Below, one piece after another: positions 8,677-17,515 of a stretch of 64,000 nucleotides of DNA (the first letter of the stretch is position 1; each line of letters opens with the position of its first letter). A program made the position numbers and the translations under genes. Source of the stretch: Thermoplasmata archaeon. Its GTDB lineage: Archaea > Thermoplasmatota > Thermoplasmata > Lutacidiplasmatales > UBA184. The DNA lies in contig DASPVQ010000006.1 in the NCBI GenBank assembly GCA_035622275.1, positions 2,455 through 66,454 on the forward strand, in the 5' to 3' direction. Below the pieces are notes generated by a model. It ran no database searches and was not told the DNA's origin. It worked only from the letters and a program-made list of their open reading frames with translations.

Positions 8677-9417
8677 ATGGTCGAGGCCTACGCCCACGAC
8701 ACGTCGCTCGCGCCCACGACCCGTGCGATGAACCTGGGCCTGGTCCGGTCGTTCCTGCGATGGACCGGAAACTCGCTGGCCGACAGCAAGCGCCTGTGGA
8801 AGGGACCGCGACCCGTCGCGACCCGCCGGTACTGGCTCACGAAGGAACAACTGGCCGCCGCGCTCGGAAACGCACGGGGGCGGGAACGCGTGGCGATCGC
8901 GTTGGCGGGGCTGAACGGCCTGCGCAGCGCCGAGATCCGAGAGCTGCGGGTCGAGAACTGCCGGATGGACCTGCCCGACCCGCGGCTGGTCTTCCGCGGC
9001 AAGGGCGACAAGATCCGCGACATCGCCATGAACCGGACGTTCGTCTGGCCCGAGCTGCTGCCCCCGGTGACCGGGAAGAGCGCCAAGGACCGCGTCTATC
9101 CGTTCGGCCGCACGACCCTGGACCGCGACGTGAAGGCGGCGTGCCGACGGGTCGGGCTACCCGCCCGATCGCCCCACGACCTGCGACGCAGTTTCGGTCG
9201 GATCGCCTACCAGGCAGGGGTGCCGCTGAACGTGATCCAGGGGATCTATGGCCACGCGGACCTGGCGGAGACCAGCTACTACATCGGAACCGACCAGGCC
9301 GAGCAGCGCGCCGGGATCGACCAGTTCTCGAGGGCGTTTGGGGTTCCCGGCCCGGAAACGGGTGTTTCCGGGCCGGCGGCCCGTCATTTTACTGACGTGC
9401 CGGCCAGGTCGTGGTAG
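8677..9417 (+). CDS. Tyrosine recombinase/integrase (short N-terminus)
   Basis: Catalytic set R (GLRSAEI), K (GKGDK), H-x-x-R (HDLRR), H (YGHAD), Y (TSYY); stop codon lies inside the att repeat. Confidence 0.92.
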   Translation: MVEAYAHDTSLAPTTRAMNLGLVRSFLRWTGNSLADSKRLWKGPRPVATRRYWLTKEQLAAALGNARGRERVAIALAGLNGLRSAEIRELRVENCRMDLPDPRLVFRGKGDKIRDIAMNRTFVWPELLPPVTGKSAKDRVYPFGRTTLDRDVKAACRRVGLPARSPHDLRRSFGRIAYQAGVPLNVIQGIYGHADLAETSYYIGTDQAEQRAGIDQFSRAFGVPGPETGVSGPAARHFTDVPARSW

Positions 9418-9428
9418 TAAGCCCCATT
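9401..9428. repeat. att repeat (right), within the intact rnpB 3' end
   Basis: Identical to 5241-5268. Confidence 0.95.
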
Positions 9429-9714
9429 CTGGTTCAGGCAGCATTCGACTGCGCGCTCTCCTCGACGGTCGGGGGAACGCTTCCTCCCGTCGGTCAGGGC
9501 TTGCTTCCGGGGAGACGGCCGTTTCATCACGTCCCGGCGGATCCTCCGGTGCAGCACCTTCACGGTGCCGCCGGGCTGTGTCGTGTCTGCTCCGTGGCTC
9601 GGACTCTCGCCCGTCGGGCTCCCACCCGACCCCGTGTTCCCCGAAGTGGGGACTTTCCTCAGCGGCCGGCCGTTGCCGGCGCGGACCACCGTCAGCTGCC
9701 CTCCACCTCCTGGC
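9403..9714 (-). ncRNA. rnpB: RNase P RNA (archaeal type A)
   Basis: Minus strand carries GAGGAAAGTCC (9660-9650), TGAAAC, AAGCAAG, GAATGCTGC and AACCAGAATGGGGCTTA; ends pair as P1 (GCCAGG..GTGG / CCAC..CCTGGC); ~310 nt. Confidence 0.93.
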
Positions 9715-9794
9715 GCGCCGGGCAGCGCGCGGGCTTCCAAATAGCCTCGGGTCGGGCCCGGAAGGCGGAAGAACCCGCGACGGGTCGCTCGCGC

Positions 9795-10493
9795 GTGCCG
9801 CCCGCAGCCGAGGATCGCAGCGGCGCCGACGGACCGGCGCTCGTTCCCTGCCTTCTGCTTCGCAAGGGTCGGGTCTATCGTCCCGGGCCCGACGGTCCGG
9901 TCCCGGCGATGCGGTCGAACGGATCGGCCTTCGACATCTTCGACGTGATCGACGCCCTGAGTCCTCGCTACCCTCGACTGTACCTCGCGGACCTCGACGG
10001 CCTGGCGCACAACAACCCGCAGCTCGAGTACATCCAGGAGCTTTCTCGCGACATGCCGCTGTGGGTCGACGCCGGCCCTCGTAACGCCGACGGGGCGATC
10101 GACATCATCGTCGCGGGCGCAGAGAAAGCGGTTCTCTCCAGTGCGTACCTCGAGGGCCTGCGCGAGCTCAAGCGGGCGTGGCGTCTTTCCACCGAGCTCG
10201 TGTTCGAGATCGAGACCGGTAGCGGCGTCCCGGCGGCCGACGGTGAGCGGTGGCCGGGCGCCGACCCGATCTCCCTCGCGCGAGCCGCCCGCGCGGTGGG
10301 TCCCGCCCCCATCGTCCTTTCCCCTCGCGGCGTCGATCCCGACTGGAGCCTCGTCCGCTCGATCGCGGGCGACGGGCCGACCTGGGTCGATGGGTCGTTC
10401 GAGGTTCGAGACGCCTCCCGTCTCGCCGAGGTCGGCGCGGCCGGAGGTATCTTCCACATTGACTCGATCTTCGCGGAGCTCGACGCCCGATGA
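9795..10493 (+). CDS. HisA/HisF-related TIM-barrel protein
   Basis: LVPCLLLRKGRV, LYLADLDG, LWVDAG and GAEKAVL motifs; GTG at 9795 (the longer track ORF runs antisense through rnpB). Confidence 0.75.
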   Translation: MPPAAEDRSGADGPALVPCLLLRKGRVYRPGPDGPVPAMRSNGSAFDIFDVIDALSPRYPRLYLADLDGLAHNNPQLEYIQELSRDMPLWVDAGPRNADGAIDIIVAGAEKAVLSSAYLEGLRELKRAWRLSTELVFEIETGSGVPAADGERWPGADPISLARAARAVGPAPIVLSPRGVDPDWSLVRSIAGDGPTWVDGSFEVRDASRLAEVGAAGGIFHIDSIFAELDAR

Positions 10494-10511
10494 GCCGGGC
10501 CGCTCCGTCCG

Positions 10512-10580
10512 CCGACGCGCGATGATGAGAAACAGAACCAGCTGAACCGTGAGGAGTAATGGGCGGGCTGAGCGCGTCGG
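10512..10580 (+). ncRNA. C/D-box 2'-O-methylation guide sRNA
   Basis: C box ATGATGA 10522-10528; D' CTGA 10542-10545; C' GTGAGGA 10549-10555; D CTGA 10568-10571; 13- and 12-nt guides; perfect 9-bp terminal stem CCGACGCGC/GCGCGTCGG. Confidence 0.88.
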
Positions 10581-10679
10581 CCCCCGCGCCGGAGACCGAG
10601 CGTCCGCGGCCACGCGATCGCCCGGTTCGCACGAATCGTTTTAGACTCGCAGACGGTCGGCGGGCCTCGTAGGGCGGCG

Positions 10680-12599
10680 ATGGCGGAACTGGCGACGATC
10701 ACCGTCCGGTTCCCGGACGGGTCCCACCGCGCGGTTCCGCCCGGACGCACCGCGGGCGAGCTGCTCGCAGAGTGGGAGCCCGCCCGCGCGGGCGACTTCC
10801 TGGCGGCCGTCTGGGATGGCCGGACCGTCGACCTATCGAGCCGATTGGATCGGGATGCCGCGCTCGCACCGCTCACCTTCCAGGACCGAGCCGGGCGCGA
10901 CATTCTCCAGCACTCGGCCGCTCACCTGGTCGCGAAGGCGCTCACCGAGACCATCCCGGAGGCGAAGCCCACGCACGGGCCGGCGACCGACGAGGGGTTC
11001 TTCTACGACTTCGACGTGCGGCCGCTCGTCCCCGACGATCTCGATCGCATGCGCGAGGCGATGGCCCGAGCGATCGACGCGCGCGAACCGTACGTGCGGA
11101 GGGAACTTCCTCGCCCCGAGGCCGAGCAGCTCTTCTCGAGCAACCCGTACAAGCTCGGCTACCTCGCGGAGGCCCCGGCGGACGAGCCCGTGTCCGTCTA
11201 CGAGACCGGGGCCTTCGTCGATCTCTGCCGCGGGCCCCACGTCCCGGACACCGGCTGGCTGAAGGGGGTGCACATTCTCGGCTTCTCGGGTCTCGAACGT
11301 GGCGCCACCGAATCCGCCGCGCCCCTGCAGCGAGTGCGCGGCGTGGCCTTCCCGACCCGGCACGAGCTCGAGGTCTACCTCAAGCAGCGCGCCGAGGCCG
11401 AGGCGCGCGATCACCGGGTGATCGGCGCCAAGCAGGAGCTGTTCCTCTTCCTCGACGAGATACCGGGCTTCCCGTTCTGGCTCCCGAACGGGATGGCGCT
11501 CGTCCGCGAGCTCGAACGGTACGTGACCGAGCACTTGCGGCGGGCCGGTTACGCTGAGGTCCACACTCCGCTGCTGTTCCCACAGTCGGTCTACGAGACC
11601 AGCGGGCACTGGGAGCACTACCGGGAGAACATGTTCCTGACCGAGCTCGATGGCCGGACGTTCGGCTGGAAGCCGATGAACTGCCCGGGCTCGATGCTGA
11701 TCTTCCGCTCGCGCGCCCGCAGCTACCGGGAGCTCCCGCTCCGCCTCGCCGAGTTCGCGCCGCTCCACCGCCTCGAAGCGAGCGGCACGCTCCACGGCCT
11801 GACGCGGGTGCGCGAGCTCGTCCAGGACGATGCGCACGTGTTCGTCACCGAGGAGCAGGTCGAACCGGAGCTGCGGATCCTCCTCGACTGGATCCGGGAG
11901 GCGTTCGCGACGTTCCGCCTCGAATGGTCGTGCGAGCTGTCCACGCGTCCGGCCAACTTCCTCGGCGAGGCCGCGGACTGGGATCGGGCCGAGGCGACCC
12001 TGGACAAGGTGCTCCGGGAGTCCGGGGTTCCCTACCGGGTCTCGCCGGGAGAGGGCGGGTTCTACGCGCCGAAGATCGACCTCCACGTTCGGGACTCGCT
12101 CGGCCGACCCTGGCAGACCGGCACGATCCAGCTCGACTACCAGATGCCGCGGCGCTTCCACCTCGAGTACCAGGGACCGGATGGGCAGCTCCACATGCCG
12201 GTCGTCATCCACCGGACGATCCTCGGCAGCTGGGAGCGCTTCCTCGGCGTTTTCATCGAACACTGCGCCGGGCGCTTCCCTCCGTGGCTCGCACCCGTCC
12301 AGGTCCGTGTGCTGCCGGTCACCGATCGCCATGCGGATGCGGCGCTCGGACTGGCCGAGGAGCTGCGCGCCGAGGGCCTGCGGGTCGAGGTCGCCGCGCC
12401 GGACGAGTCGATCGCGAAGCGGGTGCGCACCGCGGAGGTGGATCGGATCCCGTACGTGCTGGTCCTGGGCGACCGTGAGATCACCGAGGGCCTCGTCACG
12501 GTACGGAGCCGGGGCTCGAAGGAAACGAAGACCGTCTCGCGCGGTGAGTTCGCGGCGAGCGCCCGCGAGCGCATCCGCCGTCGGGAGTTCGACCCCTAG
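10680..12599 (+). CDS. thrS: Threonine--tRNA ligase (bacterial-type with TGS and editing domains)
   Basis: HSAAH, DLCRGPH, KPMNCPG, FYAPKID, WQTGTIQLD and VIHRTILGS motifs. Confidence 0.97.
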   Translation: MAELATITVRFPDGSHRAVPPGRTAGELLAEWEPARAGDFLAAVWDGRTVDLSSRLDRDAALAPLTFQDRAGRDILQHSAAHLVAKALTETIPEAKPTHGPATDEGFFYDFDVRPLVPDDLDRMREAMARAIDAREPYVRRELPRPEAEQLFSSNPYKLGYLAEAPADEPVSVYETGAFVDLCRGPHVPDTGWLKGVHILGFSGLERGATESAAPLQRVRGVAFPTRHELEVYLKQRAEAEARDHRVIGAKQELFLFLDEIPGFPFWLPNGMALVRELERYVTEHLRRAGYAEVHTPLLFPQSVYETSGHWEHYRENMFLTELDGRTFGWKPMNCPGSMLIFRSRARSYRELPLRLAEFAPLHRLEASGTLHGLTRVRELVQDDAHVFVTEEQVEPELRILLDWIREAFATFRLEWSCELSTRPANFLGEAADWDRAEATLDKVLRESGVPYRVSPGEGGFYAPKIDLHVRDSLGRPWQTGTIQLDYQMPRRFHLEYQGPDGQLHMPVVIHRTILGSWERFLGVFIEHCAGRFPPWLAPVQVRVLPVTDRHADAALGLAEELRAEGLRVEVAAPDESIAKRVRTAEVDRIPYVLVLGDREITEGLVTVRSRGSKETKTVSRGEFAASARERIRRREFDP

Positions 12600-12796
12600 C
12601 GCGTCTGGGAGCGGCGGCTGCGGCGCGCCTCGATGCGTGCGGACAGATAGGCGGAGTCCACGTCCGCGCTCGTGGCCGAGTGCTCCGAGCGAAGATGCTC
12701 GCGCAGCCTGGCGAGCTCCACCGAGCGACCGCAGACGGAGCAGGTCACCCGGGCACGGCGCTCGCTCGTCTCGCCCGGCGTGGGCGCGGGGATCAT
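12596..12796 (-). CDS. Small C2H2 zinc-finger protein
   Basis: CSVC-x10-H-x4-H-like motif (CSVCGRSVELARLREHLRSEH); ATG at 12796. Confidence 0.65.
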   Translation of the reverse strand: MIPAPTPGETSERRARVTCSVCGRSVELARLREHLRSEHSATSADVDSAYLSARIEARRSRRSQTR

Positions 12797-12912
12797 GGCA
12801 CGAGAAGCTGCGCCCTCTCGGAATATAATACCCGTGCCGGAGCGCGCGCGCGCGGTCCGCAATCCTTTATTAAACGCTCCGTTCAGCGGCCCTCGAATTT
12901 CGGGGTGCCGGG

Positions 12913-15033
12913 ATGGGTCTTTCCACGACGCAGCTCGAGCTCTTGGTACTGCTCGCGGCGCTCGTCGCCCTCGGCTACGCCGGTCTTCAGACCGCGCTCG
13001 TCCTGCGAGAGGACGAGGGCGACGAACGGATGCGCGAGATCGCCGCGGCGATCCGCGAGGGCGCGATCGCCTTCCTGCGGCGCGAGTACACGGTCGTCCT
13101 CGTGGTCGCGGCGGTCCTCGCCGTCGTGATCGCGCTCGCCTTCGGCGTCACCGGCGAGGGCGCGCGCCTCGCCACGGGCTTCGTCTTCGGGGTGGCGGGA
13201 AGCGCCGCCGCCGGAGCCGTCGGGATGGTCGTGAGCATCCGGGCCAACGTGCGCACCGCCGCGCACGCCCGCAAGGGAAGTCTGCCGGCGACGATGGCGT
13301 TCGCCTTCCGTGGCGGCAGCGTCACGGGACTGTCGGTGGCGGGGCTCGCGCTCCTCGAGCTCGTCGTCTTCTTCTGGGCCTTCGGGGGCAACGTCCTCGA
13401 CATGGTCGGACTCCTCTTCGGCGCCTCCCTCATGAGCCTGTTCGCGCGCGTCGGGGGCGGCATCTACACCAAGGGCGCGGACGTGGGGACCGACCTCGTC
13501 GGGAAGGTCGAGGCCGGGATCCCGGAGGACGATCCGCGCAACCCGGGGGTCATCGCGGACAATGTCGGCGACAACGTCGGCGACTGCGCCGGGATGGCCG
13601 CCGATCTGTTCGAGACGTACGTCGTGACCGCGATGGCGGCGATGCTGCTCGCCTACCTCGTGGGCGCACCCTCCGTCTATCCGCTCCTCCTCGCGCTCTT
13701 CCCGAACGCCGTGCTGTTCCCGCTCCTCGTCTGCGCCTGGGCGATCGTCGCCACGATCGTCGGGACCCTGTTCGTGCGGATGCGGGCGAGCGGCGGCACG
13801 ATCATGGGCGCGCTCTACCAGGGGCTCGGCGCGACGACCGCCCTCGGTCTCGTCGGCCTCTACCTGCTCGACTACTACTTCATGAACGGGAGCCTCGGCG
13901 TCTTCGTTGCGACCGCCGTGGGGCTCGTGGTGATGATCCTGATCGTGATCATCACGGACTACTACACGAGCGCGAGCTACCGGCCCGTCCACCAGATCGC
14001 CGAGGCCTCTCAGGCCGGGGCGGGGCCGACGGTGATCAGCGGCCTCTCCGTCGGGCTCCAGTCGGCCTGGATGCCCGGGCTCGTCGTCGTGGCCGGCACG
14101 CTGATCGCCTACCTCGCGGCGGGCTGGACGGGCAGCTCGAGCGCCCCCAACGCCTACCTCGGGCTCTACGGGATCGCGCTCGCCGCCGCCAGCATGCTCA
14201 GCGTCACGGGCATGATCATCTCGATCGATGCGTTCGGGCCGATCACCGACAACGCGGGCGGGATCGCCGAGATGGCGAACCTTCCGGCGCAGGCGCGGGC
14301 GATCACCGACCCCCTCGACGCCGTCGGGAACACGACGAAGGCGATCACCAAGGGGTACGCGATCGGCTCCGCGGTGCTCGCGGCCCTCGCGCTCTTCGCG
14401 GCGTACACGTTCGCGGCGGCCTCCAACTGGGGCCAGCCCTGGGGCGCGTTCACGTCGCTGTTGACCCTGAGCACCCCCCTCGTCGTCGCGGGGCTCGTGA
14501 TCGGCGCCGTGCTGCCGTTCTTTTTCACCTCGTTCCTGATGAACGCGGTGGGGATCGCCGCGGAGCGGATGGTCTTCGAGATCCGCCGGCAGTTCAAGGA
14601 GATCGCGGGACTCCTCGACGGCAAGGCGAAGCCGGAGTACGGCCGGTGCGTCGACATCGTCACGGTCACCGCGATCCGTCAGCTCGCGGTGCCGGCCCTG
14701 ATCGCAGTGGTCACCCCACTGGCGGTCGGCTTCCTGCTCGGTCCGGTCGCGCTCGCGGGCCTGTTGCTCGGCACGATCATCTCGGGCTTCCCGCTCGCGC
14801 TCATGATGACGACCGGGGGGGCCGCCTGGGACAACGGTAAGAAGTACATCGAGAGCGGACACTTCGGCGGCAAGCACTCGGACGCGCACAAGGCGGCGGT
14901 CGTCGGCGACACGGTGGGGGACGCGACCAAGGACACCGCGGGTCCGGCCATCAACCCGTTGATCAAGGTCGTCAACACGATCTCGATCCTGTTCATCGCG
15001 ATCATCGTCGCCCACTCCGTCATCGGGATCTAG
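12913..15033 (+). CDS. hppA: Membrane-bound H+-translocating pyrophosphatase, K+-independent type
   Basis: GGGIYTKGADVGTDLVGKVE, DNVGDNVGD, GNTTKA and DTVGD motifs; many TM helices. Confidence 0.95.
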   Translation: MGLSTTQLELLVLLAALVALGYAGLQTALVLREDEGDERMREIAAAIREGAIAFLRREYTVVLVVAAVLAVVIALAFGVTGEGARLATGFVFGVAGSAAAGAVGMVVSIRANVRTAAHARKGSLPATMAFAFRGGSVTGLSVAGLALLELVVFFWAFGGNVLDMVGLLFGASLMSLFARVGGGIYTKGADVGTDLVGKVEAGIPEDDPRNPGVIADNVGDNVGDCAGMAADLFETYVVTAMAAMLLAYLVGAPSVYPLLLALFPNAVLFPLLVCAWAIVATIVGTLFVRMRASGGTIMGALYQGLGATTALGLVGLYLLDYYFMNGSLGVFVATAVGLVVMILIVIITDYYTSASYRPVHQIAEASQAGAGPTVISGLSVGLQSAWMPGLVVVAGTLIAYLAAGWTGSSSAPNAYLGLYGIALAAASMLSVTGMIISIDAFGPITDNAGGIAEMANLPAQARAITDPLDAVGNTTKAITKGYAIGSAVLAALALFAAYTFAAASNWGQPWGAFTSLLTLSTPLVVAGLVIGAVLPFFFTSFLMNAVGIAAERMVFEIRRQFKEIAGLLDGKAKPEYGRCVDIVTVTAIRQLAVPALIAVVTPLAVGFLLGPVALAGLLLGTIISGFPLALMMTTGGAAWDNGKKYIESGHFGGKHSDAHKAAVVGDTVGDATKDTAGPAINPLIKVVNTISILFIAIIVAHSVIGI

Positions 15034-15107
15034 GCCGGCGCCGGAGGCTGGCGACTCCCGCACCGCCCGGCAGCAGGGTTTTCCGCGGACCGGTCCATTC
15101 TAGCGCC

Positions 15108-15860
15108 GTGTTCGACCTTTCGGGGCGCGTCGTCCTCGTCACCGGCGCCTCGCGGGGGATCGGTCGGGCGATCGCGCTCGAGCTCGCGCGCGCCGGCGCC
15201 GAGATCGTCGTCCACTACCGGGTGAACCGGACCGCCGCCGAGGCCGTCCGCGCCGAGATCTCCCGACTGGGCGTGGAGTCGCTCTCGGTCGCCGGTGATG
15301 TCTCCGACTGGGAAGCGGCGGGCCATCTCGTCGCCGCCGCCGGCGGATGGCGGGATCGGCTCGACGGGGTCGTCACGAGCGCCGGCGTGTTCCGGGGGGA
15401 CGCGTCGGACTCGGTCGGCGCCAAGGAGTTCGAGACCGTGGTGCGAACGGACCTCCAGGGCACGTTCCGGGTGGTACAGGCCGCGCTCCCGTACCTCCGG
15501 CGCAGCGTGCGGCCCGCGGTGGTCACGGTCTCCTCGGCGTTGGGCTCGCACGCGGGAGTCGGGGCGGTCGCCTACCAGGCGTCGAAGGCCGGCGTCGAGC
15601 AACTCACCCGAGCCCTGGCGATCGAGCTCGCGCCGCGGATCCGGGTGAACGGCGTCGCCCCCGGTTTCATCCGGACGGACATGAACCGCGCGGCGCACCG
15701 CGACGCCTCGATGCGGGCGCAGGTCGTGAAAGCGACCCCGCTCGCGCGCTGGGGCGAGCCCGAGGACGTGGCGCCGGTGGTCCGCTTCCTGCTGAGCCTG
15801 GAGGCGGACTGGGTGACGGGCGCCGTCCTCGGCGTCGACGGCGGAGTCCCGCTGCGATGA
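15108..15860 (+). CDS. SDR (FabG-like) oxidoreductase
   Basis: TGASRGIG, YQASK, VNGVAPG. Confidence 0.92.
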   Translation: MFDLSGRVVLVTGASRGIGRAIALELARAGAEIVVHYRVNRTAAEAVRAEISRLGVESLSVAGDVSDWEAAGHLVAAAGGWRDRLDGVVTSAGVFRGDASDSVGAKEFETVVRTDLQGTFRVVQAALPYLRRSVRPAVVTVSSALGSHAGVGAVAYQASKAGVEQLTRALAIELAPRIRVNGVAPGFIRTDMNRAAHRDASMRAQVVKATPLARWGEPEDVAPVVRFLLSLEADWVTGAVLGVDGGVPLR

Positions 15861-16633
15861 GCGAGCCACCGCTGCTCGCCGGCAAGGTCGCTCTCGTCAC
15901 CGGGGGCTCGCGAGGGATCGGGCGGGCGATCACGGTCGCGCTCGCCGGCGAGGGAGCCGACGTCGCGTTCTCGTACCGGCAGGACGCGCGCGCGGCGCGC
16001 GAGGTCGCGACCCTGGTCGAGCGGCTCGGTCGGCGCGCGATAGCCGTCGCGAGCGACGCGGCGGTGCCGGAGCACGCGGAGGACCTCGTCGAGCGGACGC
16101 GGTCCGAGCTTGGGCCGATCGACGTGGCCGTCGCGAACGCGGGGATCGCCTCGAGCTCCGGCTGGGAGAACGTGGCCGCCGAGCACTGGCGGGAGCTCCT
16201 CGCCACCGACCTCATCGGTCCGTACGCGCTGGTGGACGCCGTCCGGAGCCGGATGGGCCCGGACGGCGGGTCGATCGTGATGATGTCGTCGATCGCGGGC
16301 CTCACCGGGTTTCCCGGCGAGATGGTCTACGCCGCGGCCAAGGCGGGGTTGCTGTCGCTGACACGGACCCTCGCGCTCGCGCTCGCCCCGCGGATCCGGG
16401 TGAACGCCGTGGCGCCGGGCTGGGTGCGGACCGACCTCAACGCCTCGCTCCACTCCGACCCGAGGGCCAACGAGGCCATCGTCCGCCGGATCCCGCGCGG
16501 CCGATGGGGCGAGCCGGAGGACGTCGCCGCGGCCGTGGTGTTCCTCGCTTCGGCCGGCGCGCGGTTCATGACGGGCGAGACGCTGGTCGTGGACGGTGGG
16601 AATTCGATCCGGAGCTCCGCCGCGGGGCTCTGA
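15857..16633 (+). CDS. SDR (FabG-like) oxidoreductase, tandem paralogue
   Basis: ATG overlaps the upstream TGA; TGGSRGIG, NAG, YAAAK. Confidence 0.92.
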   Translation: MSEPPLLAGKVALVTGGSRGIGRAITVALAGEGADVAFSYRQDARAAREVATLVERLGRRAIAVASDAAVPEHAEDLVERTRSELGPIDVAVANAGIASSSGWENVAAEHWRELLATDLIGPYALVDAVRSRMGPDGGSIVMMSSIAGLTGFPGEMVYAAAKAGLLSLTRTLALALAPRIRVNAVAPGWVRTDLNASLHSDPRANEAIVRRIPRGRWGEPEDVAAAVVFLASAGARFMTGETLVVDGGNSIRSSAAGL

Positions 16634-16637
16634 GGCG

Positions 16638-16997
16638 CTAGGCGTAGTGGGAGAGGCTCGAGCGTTCCTTCTTCGCGGCCTCGCGCTGCTCGCCGCGCTC
16701 CTCGCGCTTGCGCTCCTTCTCGCACTCCTCTTCGGTGACCCAGAGGAACTCGAGGTCCTCGGGGTGGTCGTGCGCGACGAACGCGCCGGCCTCGAAGGCA
16801 CTCGACAGGAGCTCCTCGAGGTTGTCCGCGTCGGTGCCCTCGAGTCGACCGGCGAGCCTCCAGAACCAGTCCGGCGCCTTGCCGGCCGCCTGGAGGTACT
16901 CGGTCACGAGGTCGTAGATGGAGGAACGATCGTCGGCGAGCCGGACGTGGAGGTGGCGCTCCGGCTCGTCGGGGGACTTCGTCTCGGTGGCCGCCAT
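16638..16997 (-). CDS. Hypothetical acidic/charged protein
   Basis: Host-like codon use; ATG at 16997 follows a TATA-like box. Confidence 0.55.
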   Translation of the reverse strand: MAATETKSPDEPERHLHVRLADDRSSIYDLVTEYLQAAGKAPDWFWRLAGRLEGTDADNLEELLSSAFEAGAFVAHDHPEDLEFLWVTEEECEKERKREERGEQREAAKKERSSLSHYA

Positions 16998-17071
16998 CGG
17001 CCCGTCGAGACGGGTGGCCGCTATAACTCCTCGTCCCCGCCGCCGGGACACTCTTCAAAAGGGCGAGCGGA

Positions 17072-17506
17072 TTGGCTGCGTCGACCGTGTACGGCAGCGG
17101 CGCCTCCGCATCCCCTCCCGCGCCGGCTTCGGACGCCTCCTCGGCGCCGGGCCAGCGGTACAACTACCTCGTCGGCCGCCTGCGGAACCGTCAGATCACG
17201 ATGGAGGAGGCCACCGAGCTCTTCTCCCTCATGCAGGCGATGCTGGCCCGCGCGAACGAGACCGCGCGCCTGATGGCGACCCGCTCGGCGGCCGCGGCCG
17301 GGGTGCCGTCGCCGCCGATCCCCACGGGCGCGGCTCCACGGCTGGTCGCTGCGGGCTCGTCGTCCGACGACTTCCTGCTCATGGGACTGCTGGCGATGGG
17401 CGCCGGGGCCGGTCTGCTGGCGGCCCTGTCCAAGCGCATCGGCGACTCTTCGTCCTCGACCCCGCCGGCGAGCGCGCGCTCGAAGTCGAGCCCAGCGCCC
17501 CGGTAG
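17072..17506 (+). CDS. Hypothetical membrane-anchored protein
   Basis: One TM segment (FLLMGLLAMGAGAGLLAAL); lies upstream of mre11; start uncertain. Confidence 0.55.
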   Translation: MAASTVYGSGASASPPAPASDASSAPGQRYNYLVGRLRNRQITMEEATELFSLMQAMLARANETARLMATRSAAAAGVPSPPIPTGAAPRLVAAGSSSDDFLLMGLLAMGAGAGLLAALSKRIGDSSSSTPPASARSKSSPAPR

Positions 17507-17515
17507 GGGTCCGGG

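Larger units (their letters stand above)
5241..9428. mobile_element. Integrative element (genomic island) inserted in the 3' end of the RNase P RNA gene
   Basis: Identical 28-bp direct repeats at 5241-5268 and 9401-9428, equal to the rnpB 3' end; tyrosine integrase next to the right repeat; cargo visibly more A/T-rich than the flanks. Confidence 0.9.

Noticed and set aside
9384-9794. Protein-coding ORFs across rnpB (9384-10613 - and the N-terminal part of 9411-10493 +)
   Set aside because: The region is fully explained by conserved RNase P RNA motifs; the HisA-like homology starts only near 9795.
10494-10679. T-box or attenuator upstream of thrS
   Set aside because: No T-box motif; the region is explained by a C/D-box sRNA plus a TATA-like promoter.
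15108-16633. Tandem SDR genes as a recent duplication or special system
   Set aside because: Similarity is limited to family motifs; tandem FabG-like paralogues are common.
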